Assembly: GCF_036321535.1 (NCBI RefSeq) | Contig: NC_087437.1 | Location: forward strand, 86,058,001-86,122,000 | From: Camelus dromedarius | Taxonomy: Eukaryota | DNA length: 64,000 nucleotides | Direction: 5' to 3' | Shown here: positions 12,601 to 26,343 of the stretch, one piece after another | Layout of the letters: the number at the start of each line of letters is the position of its first letter | How positions within the stretch are numbered: the stretch's first letter is position 1 | Translations under genes and position numbers: made by a program | Notes under the pieces: model-generated | Database searches by the model: none | What the model saw: only the letters and a program-made list of their open reading frames with translations | What the model was told of the DNA's origin: nothing

Positions 12601-13602
12601 TTCTTCAAGAAGATATGACAATTGTGAATATTTATGTACCTAACATTGAAGCACTTAAGTATAACAGCAAATATTAACAGATATGAAGGGAGAAATAAAC
12701 AGCAATACATTTGTAGCAGAGGACTTCAATATCCCCTTTCAACAACAGATAGATCATCCAGACAAAAATTCAATAAGGAAACACTGGATTTGAACTATAC
12801 TGTAGATCAAATGGATGTAACAGACATATACAGAATATTCCATGTAATAATGACAGAATATACATTTTTCTCAAGCATGCACAAAGATTCAAAAGGATAG
12901 ATCAAGTGTTAGGCCACAAAACAAGTCAATAAATTTAAAGAGTGAAATCATGTCAAGCTGTTTGCGATCACAATGGTATGAAACTAGAAATTAATATAAA
13001 GGGAGGAAAATTTGAAAATTTTAAATATGTGGAGATTAAAAAACACACCTCTGAACAACCAATGAGTCAAAGAAATCAAATAAGAAATTAAAAAATATCT
13101 TGAGACAAACAAAAATGTAAGAACACCATACCAAAACTTATGGGATGAAGCAAAAGCAGTTCCAAGAGTGAAGTTTATAGCAATAAACACCTATAAGAAA
13201 AAATAAAGATCTCAAATAACAACCTAAGTTTACACCTAGAAAATAAGAACTAGAAACATAAGAACAAACTAAGCCCAAAGTTAGTAGAAGGAAGAATATA
13301 ACAAAGATCAGAGCAGAAATAAATGAAATAGAAACTAGATAGCCATTAGAAAAGTCAATGGAACTACAGGTTGTTTTTTTTGAAACAAAATTGACAAAGG
13401 TATAGCTAGACCAATTCAGAAAAAAAGAGAAAAAACTCAAATATATGAAATCAAAAGTGAAACAGAAGACATTACAACCGGCAGTGGATGGTGGTGACAG
13501 CTGCACAGCAATATGAATGTATTTAATGATGCCAAACTGAACCCTTAAAAATGGATAAGATAATAAATTTTATATTATATGTATTTTACCACAATAAAAA
13601 AA
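9640..13602 (+). mobile_element. Old LINE-1 (L1MA/MB-type): 5'UTR, decayed ORF1, spacer, N-terminal ORF2, then terminal 3'UTR
   Basis: ORF1 remnants at about 10880-11830 (gaagaaaggatcagcaaacttgaagacagg, EERISKLEDR; actgaaaacttccaaatctg). ORF2 starts atggcaatag at about 12295 with endonuclease remnants (aatatttatgtacctaac, ggacttcaat). ORF2 stops at about 13479 and is followed by an L1MB-type 3' end with aataaa at about 13593. Confidence 0.9.
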
Positions 13603-13866
13603 TTACTACTGCAAAAGCAAAGCCATAATGATGGTGGATAATAATAAAAATTAAATAAATAATGAGAGGAAAAAAGTAAAATGGAGGTACCTTTTTAAAG
13701 TATGTTAGAACAGTGTTAAACACAGGCTCCTGGGGTTCAGATTCTTGGCACTTAGAACAAAACTTTCCCTCAACAACTCTTTTAAAAAAAAGGACTGACT
13801 AATCAAACCCATAATATTAAAAAAGAGTATTTTAATTACTTCAGGAGAAAGCTTTTTCAATATATA

Positions 13867-14327
13867 CAGGGTCCCCGAGTTAAGATGATTCGAACTTTGA
13901 TTTCTCAACTTTACGATGGTGTGAAAGGGACATGCATTCAGAAAATACACCAAATTTTGAACTTCGACCTGTTCCCTTGGCTGGCGATACGCAGTACAAC
14001 ACTCTCTAGTGATGCTGGGCGGCAGCAGCTAGCCACAGCACCCAGTCAGCCACTTGACCACAAGAGTAGGCAGTCCGTATGTTCACAGCCATTCTGTACC
14101 CATACGACCACTATGTTTTTCACTTTCAGTACAGTATTCAATAAATGACATGAGATATTCAACACTTTATTATAAAATAGGCTTTGTGTTAGATGATTTT
14201 GCGCAACTGTAGACTAATGTAAGTATTCTGAGCACACTGAAGGTGGGTGAGGCCAAGCTATGTTTGGTAGTTGAGGTGTTATCAAATGCATTTTTGACTT
14301 AAAATATTTTCAACTTACAATAGGTTT
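13867..14327 (-). mobile_element. TcMar-Tigger DNA transposon derivative (MER47/Tigger5-like)
   Basis: Preceded by TA. ctttcagtacagtattcaataaat ... ttcaacactttattataaaataggctttgtgttagatgattttg matches the recalled MER47 consensus in reverse. The right terminus is truncated. Confidence 0.85.
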
Positions 14328-14529
14328 AGTAGAAGGAATATATGTTTTTAAATAATCCATTTACAGATAAAATAACTGTTCATGAAATAATAACTTTGAA
14401 ATTGTGTAAATGTTGTACTCTGAGTGTATTTAATACTTTCTAACTGGCCAGTTCCTCTGGCCTTTTCATCCCAACCTGTTCAACACTGAGATTTTTTTTA
14501 AAGAATACTGGTAACTCAAACACTGTTTC

Positions 14530-14672
14530 TAGGGGTGGGTCCAGGTTTTGTGTGGCTTCTACAATTTAGAGAAACACTTCTAAGAATAAGAATAAAAAGG
14601 CATCTGTCCATGAAAATGTATAGCTAATGTCCCTCCCATAAACATCATTAGCTGCACAGTAAACCCACTTCT
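14530..14672. mobile_element. hAT (Tip100-like) MITE relic
   Basis: Termini aggggtgggtccagg and gtaaacccacttct are imperfect inverted repeats. The interior taagaataagaata resembles known hAT MITEs. Confidence 0.5.
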
Positions 14673-15377
14673 TCCTCATTTTATGATCAAAGAAGAATAG
14701 TTTTCTTGTACTTAGGTACAATTGTACTCTCCCTGAAGAACTAAGAGAATACTTTCTTTCCCTAACAGATCCTAATTTACCTTCCAGACTTTTTTGTTCC
14801 AGTGGGAATCCCTTAACCTCCTTTCAGCAAGGGGCCTGATGAACCCCTTTCTGCTTCATGCCTTTGGGAACAAAAGCCATGATTCACTTTTCTTCCTAGT
14901 AGTATGCTCTTATGACTGCAGCATCACTTCCTTTCAATTTTATAAAATGAAGACCACAAAGAAAGAGGGAATTAAATGTTTCTATGAGTTCCCCCGCCAT
15001 GGAGAAGCAAGTTCCGCTGTTCCTGAGACAATTACAAGGCAAGCAAATGGCCTTCCACTGTGTGAACATGTCAGGATCTAGAATTTTACTACCTTGTTAA
15101 AACACTGTTAATAAACAGGATGCAAAAATGAAACAGGTTTATATTTCTTCTCAGATAGCTATAAATTGCAGTAGTTTATGCACAGAAATTTCTCAAAGAA
15201 TCTGAAGCATAAAGGAGAATATAAAATCAAGAGAATATAAAGACAAGGGCCAGCCAGATTATTACTTGCAACTTGTCTTCAGATTCTAGTTGCAATATCA
15301 TGAGATATGAGAAATACAAAAAATAGAGAATGGAAAGAAATGAGAAAGGATAAGAAAAATTAATGCTGGCAAATATT

Positions 15378-15876
15378 GTTGGTACGGTAGCCACAGAACC
15401 AGTCCAAAACTGGCCTTGTTCTGTTTCTAGCCAGATACTGAGTTGTTTTTCAGAGAACAGAACAAAACTGCAAGTCATACAGCCAACGCATGCACAGAGA
15501 AGAAAATTTGACCTCAAACAACACTCAGAACCAAAGTTTCTCTCCTATCATGGAACCAAAAGATTGGGACATGACAGGAACCTGAATACTGGAACCCTTT
15601 CAGAAACAAAGGGTCTGTTGTCCAAGAAGAGGAATGCTGAAGTCCTTTTGCCACACCTTACCATAAATGGCCAAGTTTCAAAGCCCTCCAGTTGAAACCT
15701 GCCCCACCAGTACCTCCACATACCAACTGGTCCTCCCCTAATTGGTGAAAGTTTGACTAAACCCCTTTTGTCTCCTGTGGATCCACCTCACAATAAAGGT
15801 CTTTCTTTTCTCAAAAGTTGGTGCCATAGTTTTGGCTTCTATGCATGTCAGGCAGCCAGCCCTTTGCTCAGTAACG
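15378..15876 (+). mobile_element. Solo ERV LTR (ERV1-like)
   Basis: Starts tgttgg, has an aataaa signal at about 15792, and a U5-like end ggcagccagccctttgctcagtaac. Confidence 0.6.
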
Positions 15877-17174
15877 TACTTTTGTTCAGTACAAACTATT
15901 ACTACATTTAAGTAAGAGAACTACATACAAAACATTTTAGATGCTGAAGTTCATTTAAAATGGATTTTAAATCAGTGTTTTCATAATCCAGCATTTTTTC
16001 TACAGGACAAGCTTTCATGGGAAGGCTGGCTACATACTTCCAGTTTCCTAGGTTTCTCACCTAGCAATCAAAAGTATATGCTCATTAATTTTAAACCGCT
16101 GATTTCAAGCTAACAATGAGTCAACATATTGTATGTGCTGGAAAGGTTGACATGGAAAGAGCTTTATTCAATATTTGTTTTTATTATTATCTCCACACCA
16201 TCTTACTAAATAGACTACTTATGAATATGGTAATGAATAATTTGGACTCATAGTTTGCTTTGTTAAACAAAGCATCAGAATCTATCTCAGGGGAAACTCT
16301 GATTTGAATCTCAGCTTAAAATATCCCTGTCAGTTAGTGAGTGTGCAACTACAAGTTTCCTCCAAGCCCCTGAACTGAAACCTCACTGACGTTTTGTCAT
16401 TTCCTTGAAAGACAAAGAGGCCACCTCCTGAGAAAACAACTGCAAACGGTTGAGCAGGTAATTGCTGCCTTGTAATACTACACCATGCTTCATGATCTCA
16501 AGGCTTATGTCTAGGAGATAACCCTGAACTGAAGTATCAGCCAAAATCCATAAATTCTAGAATGAAGTATAGCATGCACCATCTATTTCCTTAAAATAAA
16601 TAAATATAAAAATAGAAATAAATACAACCTCCATCACTCTAAAAATACACATGAAAGCCCGAGTGCAGACCACCACCCCACCCCACCCCGCAGAACATGC
16701 ATGGGAGCCATTTGAGATGACCTGCTGCAATGAGATGGAGTCACCTCTCCTTGGAGCAACCCCAGAGGAAGCATAAGCCAGTTACCTATTTCAAATCAGA
16801 GGCTGCTGAACATCATTTCCTATGCCTTCTTTCCTCTCACTCCTTCTACTCCAAAGAAAAAGAGTACAAGTTTTTAATGTCTGTAACTAAAGTGTTGATT
16901 ATTGCATTCCATCAATTTCTGGACTCTATCAAAGGCAATATAAATTCTATTTTACTTAAATGTAGCATCAGTTTATATTCTGGCTCCTCCTAATCAAGTT
17001 TTGGGAAACCAAGTCAGCTTGGTTTAACCTATGCTAATTACAGAACTGATTTCCAGGGAAAGGGATGGGAGAATCTACCTCCTTTGACTCTCCCTGAAGT
17101 ATCTGTGACTTCTTCTGTTCTGTGACTGATAACACAAGTGTCACCCATCATGGTTCACACCGGGGTGTGCAAGG

Positions 17175-17420
17175 AGGTAGCACAGTGTGGTGTTTGAGAG
17201 TGTGACCTCTATGGTGGGATCTCAGCTCTGAAGCATGGTCACTGTGTAATAATTGACAGGCTACGTAGCTTCCCAGGCCTCAGTCTTCTCATTACAAAAT
17301 GATAATAATAATAGAACAAAACCCAGGCTGTGATGTCGGGAGGATCAGATATGTTAACCCAGAAAAAATATTCAGTACAGTGACTTCCACGGGGTAATGC
17401 TCAGTAAATGTGAGCTACTG
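17175..17420 (+). mobile_element. MIR SINE
   Basis: gcacagtgtggtgtttgagag ... gcctcagtcttctcattacaaaatgataataata ... gctcagtaaatgtgagcta. Confidence 0.75.
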
Positions 17421-18099
17421 TGGTTGTAGAAAGATTCTCTTACAGGAAAAGCATATGGCCTGAAAAGCTCCTATGCATATTCAAGGCCTCCAGCACATGT
17501 CCATCCTTTTCAGAAGCTTGAGACATTCAAATTTTTGCCACATTTTTCAAAGTCTCAAATTCACAATATATTTTTCTCTAAATTTCCCCAAACCCTTTGA
17601 TACCTAAAGATATCCACAAGTTAGACAAAAGCTTTGACTCAGGAGATTTTATGTGTTTGTTCTTAGAGAAAACAATTTTAAACACATACTACATCCATGA
17701 ATGTTAGCCATTAGGACACTGGAACAAAAGAAATGACAGACATTTTCTCAAGTCTCCTAATTGAGCTGGGGAAGGCAAGGAGGAAAAGGAAGGTAAACTA
17801 GTGAACAAGTAACTACAAGTTTTCTGCATCACCCTTGTCTTCAATGTGCAAATGATAATATCCCAAACTGATACCCTGTCTTGCATCCTGTACCCTAATT
17901 TGTTGGAGTTATTTTTTGTTGTTGCTGTTGATTCGAAAATCTCAAGTTCTAGTCCACACCACAGTTCATTTCTGACTGCCACCAGTCACCTCTCCCTCCA
18001 GACCACTGCTCTGGTTTCTCCAAGCCACTTCATTTGCTGTAGTCAACTGATCTGCTTCATCTCCAGGCATGTTCAGAGGTAAAACCGAAGGGTCTAAGA

Positions 18100-18210
18100 A
18101 GACAGGGATCTGAGGGTTTGTACATTATTTATAACCCCAGAATGTAGCACAGTGCCTGGCACATTGTAGGTGCACTACAAATTCCAACTGAATGGATGAA
18201 TGAACATAAG
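18100..18210 (+). mobile_element. L2 3' end
   Basis: agcacagtgcctggcacattgtaggtgc ... tgaatggatgaatgaa tail. Confidence 0.8.
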
Positions 18211-18639
18211 AAAAAACTAGTGATGAATACATAAAACAATAAATAGCATTTTTCTTTTTCTCTCTTTTCCCCCTAAGTCCTGGGCCCCTTACTCCATTTA
18301 TCAACCAAGAAGAAGCATTAAAAAACTTTGTTAGTATCACATTAATTTCTTCAATTATACCCTCTGTCCATAAAGAGAAAAAAAACAAGCTTGTTTTATA
18401 CTATTTTACAGTATTCTAATATCAAACATCTCAGCGTACCTGAGATCTCTTATCTATAGAATACAAAAGCCCCTCCAAAGCAATTCTCAAAATAAGGGAA
18501 GCATTGTATTTCCCTCCTTCAAGGATGAATTTTGGCTTCCATTTCTCCCTCTCCTCCAATGTAGAAACAGTTGAAAATTTCAAAGTATCTCACATTGGTC
18601 CCTGTACAAGTTGGGAGTGGTGGTGATTATGTTGATCAT

Positions 18640-18820
18640 ATAGTTAACATTTATGTAAGTGCTTTAAATAAAATCATTTCAACACTCCATGAAAGTTGTC
18701 CATGAACTAGGAACTACACCCCCATATACAGATAGAGAAATTGAGGCTTACTGATGATGGAATTATAGTAAGTGGTGCAGCAAGAACTCAAAATCAAGTG
18801 TGCTGTCTACCAAGCCCTGC
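18640..18820 (-). mobile_element. MIR SINE fragment
   Basis: cccatatacagatagagaaattgaggct ... tagtaagtggtgcagc. Confidence 0.65.
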
Positions 18821-18889
18821 AACTTGGTAAACAAGGGATCATTTAGTTTAGATCAAGACCAGATTTTAGTGAACTGACAGGTAAATTGT

Positions 18890-19210
18890 ACTATTGTACC
18901 TTATACATCATCCTCCACTTCCACTGCTGTTTGTCTTATCCACTTGCTATGGGTGGAATTATATTTCCCATCCCACTGACTTCAATCTGGTCATATAACT
19001 TGGTTTGACCAACGAGATGTGAGCTGAAATGCTGTTGGTCATATCCAAACAAAAATTTTACATGCAGTTGTGTGGTTCAGCTTAGCCTCTTACACTTCCT
19101 TTCTGCCCTAAGAAGGGGCATGCCCCAAATACGACAGCAAAGCCAAATAATATCTGTATTGTAAGACAATGAAATTTACTGTTGTTCATTTGGAACAAAA
19201 GTGACTAATA
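18890..19210 (+). mobile_element. MaLR LTR (MLT1I/J-like)
   Basis: atttcccatcccactgacttcaatctggtcatataacttggtttgaccaacgagatgtgagc ... aaaagtgactaatata. Confidence 0.7.
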
Positions 19211-19594
19211 TAACTGAAAGATTCAAAGTTTAGACTTGAAGAAATAGAAAAAGAAGATGCAACGAGCTCCATCAGACATATATGACTATGAAGGAAAGGA
19301 GAAAGACAAAGCAAATGCCTAAAGAGATCAGGGCATGTGGAAAAAAATATTTCAATACATTGTTTAAAAAAAGATAGAGATTGGCTTTGCATTATCCAAA
19401 GGGATGATTTGTCATTTAAAGTCCCAAATAAGAAAGAAAGGAAAAAGAAATAAAAGTATAGAGCATATTTAAGCCAGTAAGGAAGATAAAAATTACTATA
19501 CAGAAGTTGCTCATCACATCTGAGTGAGTACACTTCCCTGAATATATGAGAGATGGAATCTAGGGCCCAAGCATTATGAAAAGATATGACTCAT

Positions 19595-19800
19595 GATAAC
19601 TGTGTGTCAGGTATGATGCTAAGCACATTGCATTAAATGGGAAAGTCCCATTAAATTCTCACAACCACTCTACCTAACTATGCCCCTATTACTGATGAGA
19701 GAGCTGAGACCTCAAGCGAAGCCATGTAGTTCATGAGAGGCCGACACAAGATTTAAATACAAGCAGTCTGGCTTCATAATCTGTGCCTCTAAACACTGAG
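19595..19800 (-). mobile_element. MIR SINE fragment
   Basis: attctcacaaccactct ... actgatgagagagctgagac ... gatttaaatacaagcagtctggct. Confidence 0.7.
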
Positions 19801-20159
19801 CAATGTCGTTTGCTTGTTACAGGAAAGAGGAGACTTTTCCTACACTGAATGAGAAGGACTGTAGAAGAATTTGCGCATATACAGATCATCTGATGAGTAG
19901 AGAGGAGGAGGTTCAGAACATTTTGCCTGATATCATTGGTTCTCTTTAAAAGGTGAGATAAGAGAATGAGGATACTGGTGAGAATGTGGGATTCTTGATG
20001 GGGGGAGGGCAGGAAAAGAGGGGATCAGACAGGAAAGGATTCTAACACAAAGCTGAAGACCCAGCAGTGTCATCAGTTTGCCCAGTGATGTGATAACTGA
20101 GGCAGTGATACTGTAACTGGGGATTTTCAGCTCCTCAGCATTATTTCCGCTTTATTTCT

Positions 20160-20640
20160 TAGTTATGATATGGCTGTGATCTTATGCTTACTATGCCTGA
20201 CTAGACCCCAGTTCACCACTAACTTTAGCTTGGCTTGCTGCTGATGGAGAAAGCTGTTGATGCACATAGAGACTGAAGATTAGTTGTTCTATAGGCTTCA
20301 CCCTTGTTCCTTAGTCTCTAGGAATAGCTAACCAAAGACTTATGGCTCAGATAATATCCAACCACATGTAAGACATGATGACTATTTGAAACTATGTGAT
20401 CAAAACAATCATCTCTAAAAGAAAGACTATCCCCTCCCCAGCACATAGGCCTTTCCTCTTCTCCCTATATAATCTCTGAGCAAAACCTGGGAAATTGGGA
20501 GTTGATTCTTTGGGACATGAGTCCACCTTCTCCCCAGGATTGCTGGCTTCATCAATAAAGGTATTTTTCCTTTTACCCAACAGTTGTCTCTCAGTATTAT
20601 ATTCTTAAGCAAGGAACAGCCGAACCTGAGTTTGGTTAAA
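20160..20640 (+). mobile_element. Solo ERV1-type LTR
   Basis: TATA-like cctatataa at about 20465, gagtccaccttctccccaggattgctggct, aataaa at about 20554, and a U5 end gaacagccgaacctgagtttggttaa. Confidence 0.8.
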
Positions 20641-20991
20641 AAAAAAAATGCTACAATCTCCAAAAGTGCCTAGAAACTCAGATATAAGAAAAAAATGCAC
20701 ACATTGATGACAGGCCTGATTTAGAATAGAGGGTCTACAGGATAGGTGTGGTGGAAGAACCAGGACATGAGGATCTCTGAACCTCCAGGTTTAAAAGCAA
20801 AGAAAGCAAAGCGTGATCCCAAGAAGGAAAAAAAAAAAGACATATTCTCTCCACTCTGGACCAGACACAGAACGAACAGATAAAGTCAGTGGTGGCAATG
20901 CCTAGGAGCAGTGACAGCATGAAGTTGACCATGATGTCTGACTGAGGAAGATGAATTCTATGCAGAAAAGGTGGGCACCATGCCACCCAGC

Positions 20992-21623
20992 TGTAAGGAG
21001 GCAGGTTAGTGAGGATGTATAAGGTATCTCCTGAAAACACCAAGAAATAACCAAAGGCGCTGAGATAGGAAGGAAGGAGGCAGGGCACAGCCATTTAAGA
21101 AATAACACAGCAATCAACACCAAGGTGGCAGAAAATTCAACCCCCAGTAGGTGTTGAGGCCCAAGATGGAGAGAGATTTGACTTCTAGTAGACCTTGAGC
21201 TTCATTATACACTCACTGTAATATATTAACATGGTAAATAGCACTCCCTCAGGGGCCGTGACAGTTCCTGAGGCTAACCATAAAAGGTCAAAAAAATGGG
21301 TGTTGGCCCAAATCATGGGATTCTCTGTCCCTTCCCCAAAGTAGTTGGAATAATCCTCCCACTTGTTAACATATGAAGTTACTGAGCTCATAAAAACTAA
21401 CAACCCCCCACACCTCATGGCCGCTCTCTTGCCTTCTAAAATAGTCTGTAGTCTGTCTATGGAGTACGTATCTCTCTAAATAAATCTACCTCAACTGTGG
21501 CTCTCTCTTGAACCCTTTCCTGTGCAAAGCCAAGGACCCACACTTGGCAGGACACATCCCAGGGACTCAACCGAGACCTGGGACACGGCCCTCCTCTAAC
21601 CCCACATTGTTTTTCCTGTATCA
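20992..21623 (+). mobile_element. Solo ERV1-type LTR
   Basis: TGTAAGG...TGTATCA termini, ataaaaac TATA-like box at about 21390, aataaa at about 21479, and U5 gccaaggacccacacttggc. Confidence 0.85.
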
Positions 21624-24600
21624 GCACCATCTGCAGAGGGCCAAGGACCTGAGGTTCCGAGGGAGTAAACCCTAAGGAGAACTATTAAAATGGCCACACA
21701 TGAATGCACAGGCTAAAGGTAAATTCTGGAGAAATCTGTGATACTTTAAATATTGTGGGACATTAAATTTGGGTAATGTCTTTCAAAATAAACAATTTAA
21801 ACTATAATGAAGTCTAGAAAAATAGGCTGTGAATGAGGTTTCTGACCTTCAAGATCAACAACTTGCCAACAACAGTGAGAAAAAAGAGTGATTTCCTGCC
21901 TCTTGAGGAAACATGAACTGTGTCTCCATATCCTCTCAGCCACTGCAACCTCTCCTGGCTGCCCCTGTCAATCTAACTAATAACACCACAGTCGGTAAAG
22001 TAAGCTGGTGTCCCCCACAGTGAAGTGTTTTCTTCAGATTCTAATTGGGCCACTTGCTCATCAGTGCTGCGCTCACAGGGGAGCGATGGCTGAGACTGCC
22101 ACCTCCATTCCCGTTGCGTGACTTGACACCCCACAGCAAGAAGGCCACCCGCACAGATGCCAAACAAATGCTTTCAACCTGAAAGAGACACGGGTGTTTT
22201 CATGGCCTCTGCAATCAGCTTGTCAAGTTGGAGGAGAGGAAGTCGGGGGAGGGAAGGAGGAAGAGCCTTTCAGATCACACTCCTGCACACCTTCTTGTCA
22301 AAAGAATTGTAACTGCTCCGTTTACTAACAAAGATGTCAAAGCCCTCTTTATGCCTTGGGTTTTACATATTGATAAAATCAGACAAAAAAAGGTAAAAAA
22401 AACTAAAACAAAAAAAAAATGGGATTTTTTTTTCCTTCTTCTTCTTTGCCTAACAGAATGTCATTAAAGAACCATGACTTGTAAATTCTGGAAGATGAAG
22501 GCATTGTTGACATGACCTGAAGAGATTTTACTGTTTGCAAATAATCCCACCTAAGAGGTGTCCTGGACATGCCCAGGTGTTACATGGGCTTGCTTTCAAA
22601 ACTCTGGTACAAAATTATCTTTTTTTTTAAATATGAGAAATGTGGGCAGATTAAAGGATTTGGGGGTTTCTCTGCTTTTGTAATACATAATAATAATGTT
22701 GTAATTTCTTTATATTCTTCAACACTGGACTCCAAAGTGATTTAAAACATACTGAATTCACAGACTCCTTTGTCCAGTACTGAAATGCACAAATAGGACA
22801 GACAAACATTCATAAGAAAATTATTACCATCTCTAACAGAAAAATAGGATAGTTGGATTTAAATGTTATCACCATCTTTCTATTGGACCCTTCAAGAACC
22901 AGTGTTTCCAGATGCAAAGAGGATTCAAGTACCGATACAGCATTTAGATCACCTCTACCCGTCAGAGGAGAAGGCTAAGAATACAGATTCCCAGGCTCAG
23001 ACTGAATCAGCATTTCCATGCATGGGTTATAGTTTTCAGTACTTTAAAGAGTCCCGCCCCCAAATTCACATTTAATAAGTCAGTTGCAGTGTGCTATACC
23101 TGCAAATGGGACATCTTCACACATCAAGATGTTAGGAATAGTAGCTTCTTTTCTGTTTGTTGTTTTTGTTTTTTTTTCTTTTTTTAGTGAAATGCCTACA
23201 TTTGCAAGAGATATGTGAACTGAAGAAGACAGCATCCTTTTCTTCTATAATCTTTATCGTCGATACCCCTAATGCAAATGACATGTAGAAAAGCGTATCT
23301 GCCCACAAACAATAACTGACCTCCAAAGCACTTGATGACTGAAGTGAAATTGGCAGCTGGGAGTGGAAAAAATGAACTTGTGACTTGACTTTTGCTAGTA
23401 AGGAAATAATTCCCCCAGGAGGACTTCAGTGTCCTTTCTAAGGTGAATGGGGAAGTGTACTCGACATGTTTAGCCATAAAAGGCCTGGGAGATGTAATGG
23501 ACAAAAAGACAGCAGGTACACAGAAGGGGTCTCAGCAGTGGACAAAGAGAGATAATCTCCAGCAAAACTAGCAGTTATTCACTGTATGGGGCTTCTGACA
23601 AAGGATCAGAAGACTCAGATTCCATGCAGATACCGAGGGTGTCCTGAGAGAGTCTTAGTGCCCCCACCGCCAATTCTACCAACCTCCCAGCTGCCCCAAG
23701 TGTTTTTAATAATAACAGCATCCTTTAATATGGAAAATTGACATTTCTCAGTCTTTAATTTAATAGTGAATAAATTACCTTTAGAAAACTGTGCTATCCT
23801 TACTGCACTGCAACATAAATCTAATTTTGACAATATATTTGCTGGGCATACACAGCTTCAAGACAAACCCCTTCATTCTCCTTCCCACTGGCTAAGTCCC
23901 CACTAAATGGAAATATTAACTGACCACTGCCCTTGTTCTAGTCCTGGCTTAGAGAAAACTTTCCTTCTCTTTGGCACTTTTTTTTCCCATCAGAAACATT
24001 CAGGGTTATGATTTCTATGGTCATACAGCTAAAATACTATATTTTTATTCTTTTCATGCTATAAAATGTTACTACCCTGCTATCACCAAACCAAACTCTG
24101 AGTCATCTTGTGCTGGGCTCTTTAATTTGCCATGAGACTCTGCTTGTTCTGATTTGATCTCTTGATAGTTGCTAATCTTCTGATGGAGGGGGAAAAAAGT
24201 TAACTCCATCAATGGATCTCTGGTGATCAGGGGCTCTGAAATGCTAAGCTTTATTTGTTAGCAACTCCATTCTCAGCATGAGTCAATTTTTCTCTTTGCA
24301 CATACGACAAATTCCAACTCTGTTTCTGTGCCAGCTCCTGGCAAACACCCACATTACCCTAACTCACTATGATCAAGTTAAAATGTATATCAAAATAAAC
24401 CCTAAACATTGCAAAGCCTAATAGAAAATTTACTCCATCTCTATTTTTGTGAGTTTTGCTAACATTGTAAATTTTGTTTTTAACTGATGAATGCCATCCT
24501 GTGGGGAGACTTGGTAGTACTGAGGTATTTGCTAACTCACTTTTGGTCAGCTCTGATGCAATTAGCGATAAACATGCACCTTATACTCCACTAGCATGGG

Positions 24601-25831
24601 GATTGATCTGGGATAAACTCAGGATGGTTCCTACCAAAACCTTGGACTCCCTGTTGGTGATAACAGACTAAATCGTTTATTGAAAGGCTGCTAGCAAACT
24701 CAGTAAGGGAACTGGTTTTGCTGCACAGATGATTATATTTTCTACTACAAATATAAAATCTTATGTCTTCACAACATTTCCTGAGAAGTCTGCACAGAGA
24801 TTTCTTTCCTTCAAAAAGAAGAAAGGAAAAAAATGTGTGGTGTTATATTTCAGTGAGGTAAGAACTCAACTCTGCTTTATAACTGAGCTTACTGCCCACC
24901 TCACCAAATGAATCAACCTGATTAGCTGTCGAGTACAAACTGCTGAGAGCCCACCATGGAGCGGTCACCTTTACACTTAACAGCACAGGAAAATTACAAT
25001 TTAAAAAAAAAAAACATTTAGTCACTTACTCTAAAATAGCAAATCCAGTCGTTGTCATGAGTGTTGCTTAACACAATTTCATGCCCTCTCAGCCTTGCTG
25101 AGCTGCGTTTTCTCCTCGCTGTCTTTGCACAGGGGAAGGTGAATGATTAAAGCTGGCAGCCTCACCCCAGGTAGTTACCTATCAGCCCCTGAAAGAACAT
25201 AAGAAGTCTGCCACCCGAGGAAAGTGACAGGCCGGGAGTGACCCTTTAGAGTAGCCGTATTTGTCTCACAACGTTTACCCTGTGAGTAGGTAAACTGTAA
25301 ATTATTCCTGGATGCTAAGCGTATCCTCTTTCACGGGTTCTGCAATAGCACTCCAGTGATGCCACTATCAACTACGACGGGTACCCCCTTATACTAAAGT
25401 AATTTGACTCTTTGTACCATTTCTACCATTAGATTCAGAGCTCCTGGAAAGCAAGAAAAATTTTACACAACTTTGAGTCTTTCAAAACACGAAACAAAAC
25501 AAAACAAAACAAGTAGTGCATGGTAAGCATTCCTTCCTTAGAAACTTAGGGGAGAAGCAGCTAAGGATAATGCAGTCACCTCTTGGTTACAGAATATTTC
25601 TCTAAATTGTCTAATTGTGTCATAGAAAAAAAATTACGTCAACTTTCAAAGTTATCAGTTTCTCCCAGTAATCAAAATAAAAATCAAAACCTTAATCAAG
25701 AGGCCCTGCAAAACAGTAAACTCCCAGCTCATCCAGCACACACAGAGAGACAGAAAATAAGACTGAGCAAGAGTGAAAAAAAGAACAACTGCTAAACCAT
25801 CAGTTTCATTTGCTACCTTACATGGTTAGAA

Positions 25832-26047
25832 CAGGGTTTTTCATGCTCAGCACCATTATCATTTTAGGCAGGATATTCTTTGTGCTGAGGCTGTCTTGTG
25901 CATTGTAGGAAGCTTAACAGCATCCATAGCCTCTACCTGCTTGATCCCAGTAGCACATTTCCCACATTTGTGACAACCCAAAAAAGGGGTCCGGATGTTG
26001 TCAAATGTCCCCACGAAGACAAAAATCAGCCTCGTTGAGAACCACTG
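25832..26047 (-). mobile_element. MER20 (hAT-Charlie) DNA transposon
   Basis: Full-length colinear match to the recalled MER20 reverse complement, cagggtttt ... gttgagaaccactg. Confidence 0.9.
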
Positions 26048-26343
26048 TGGCTTAGAGTTACCTTGTACTTAAGAAGGACTCTCTAAAAGGAATAAAAGGT
26101 ACAATAGATTTTTTTCGTCATGGTCATATCCTATTCAGTTAACATCTTTCTGCATTTCCCTCTGTCTTTTGTAATCAAATTAAGAATGTAAAGTAGAAGG
26201 TAGGTATACTAGGAAACCCAGACTGGACTAGCCTGCGACGGATGGCAAATATCAGACTGAGTCAGGGGCACTCAATGGCTAAGAGAGGCCTTTGCCACTT
26301 CATGATTCTGAGGATCTCCAGATATTAAAAATTTAAGAAATCC

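Noticed and set aside
10881..13506. Hydrophobic F/L/I-rich - strand ORFs (also at 34151-39429) resembling membrane proteins
   Set aside because: These are antisense translations of A-rich L1 sequence, a well-known artefact.
24095..24290. Two AP-1 (TGAGTCA) sites suggesting an enhancer
   Set aside because: The 7-mer occurs many times across the window, so there is no independent evidence.
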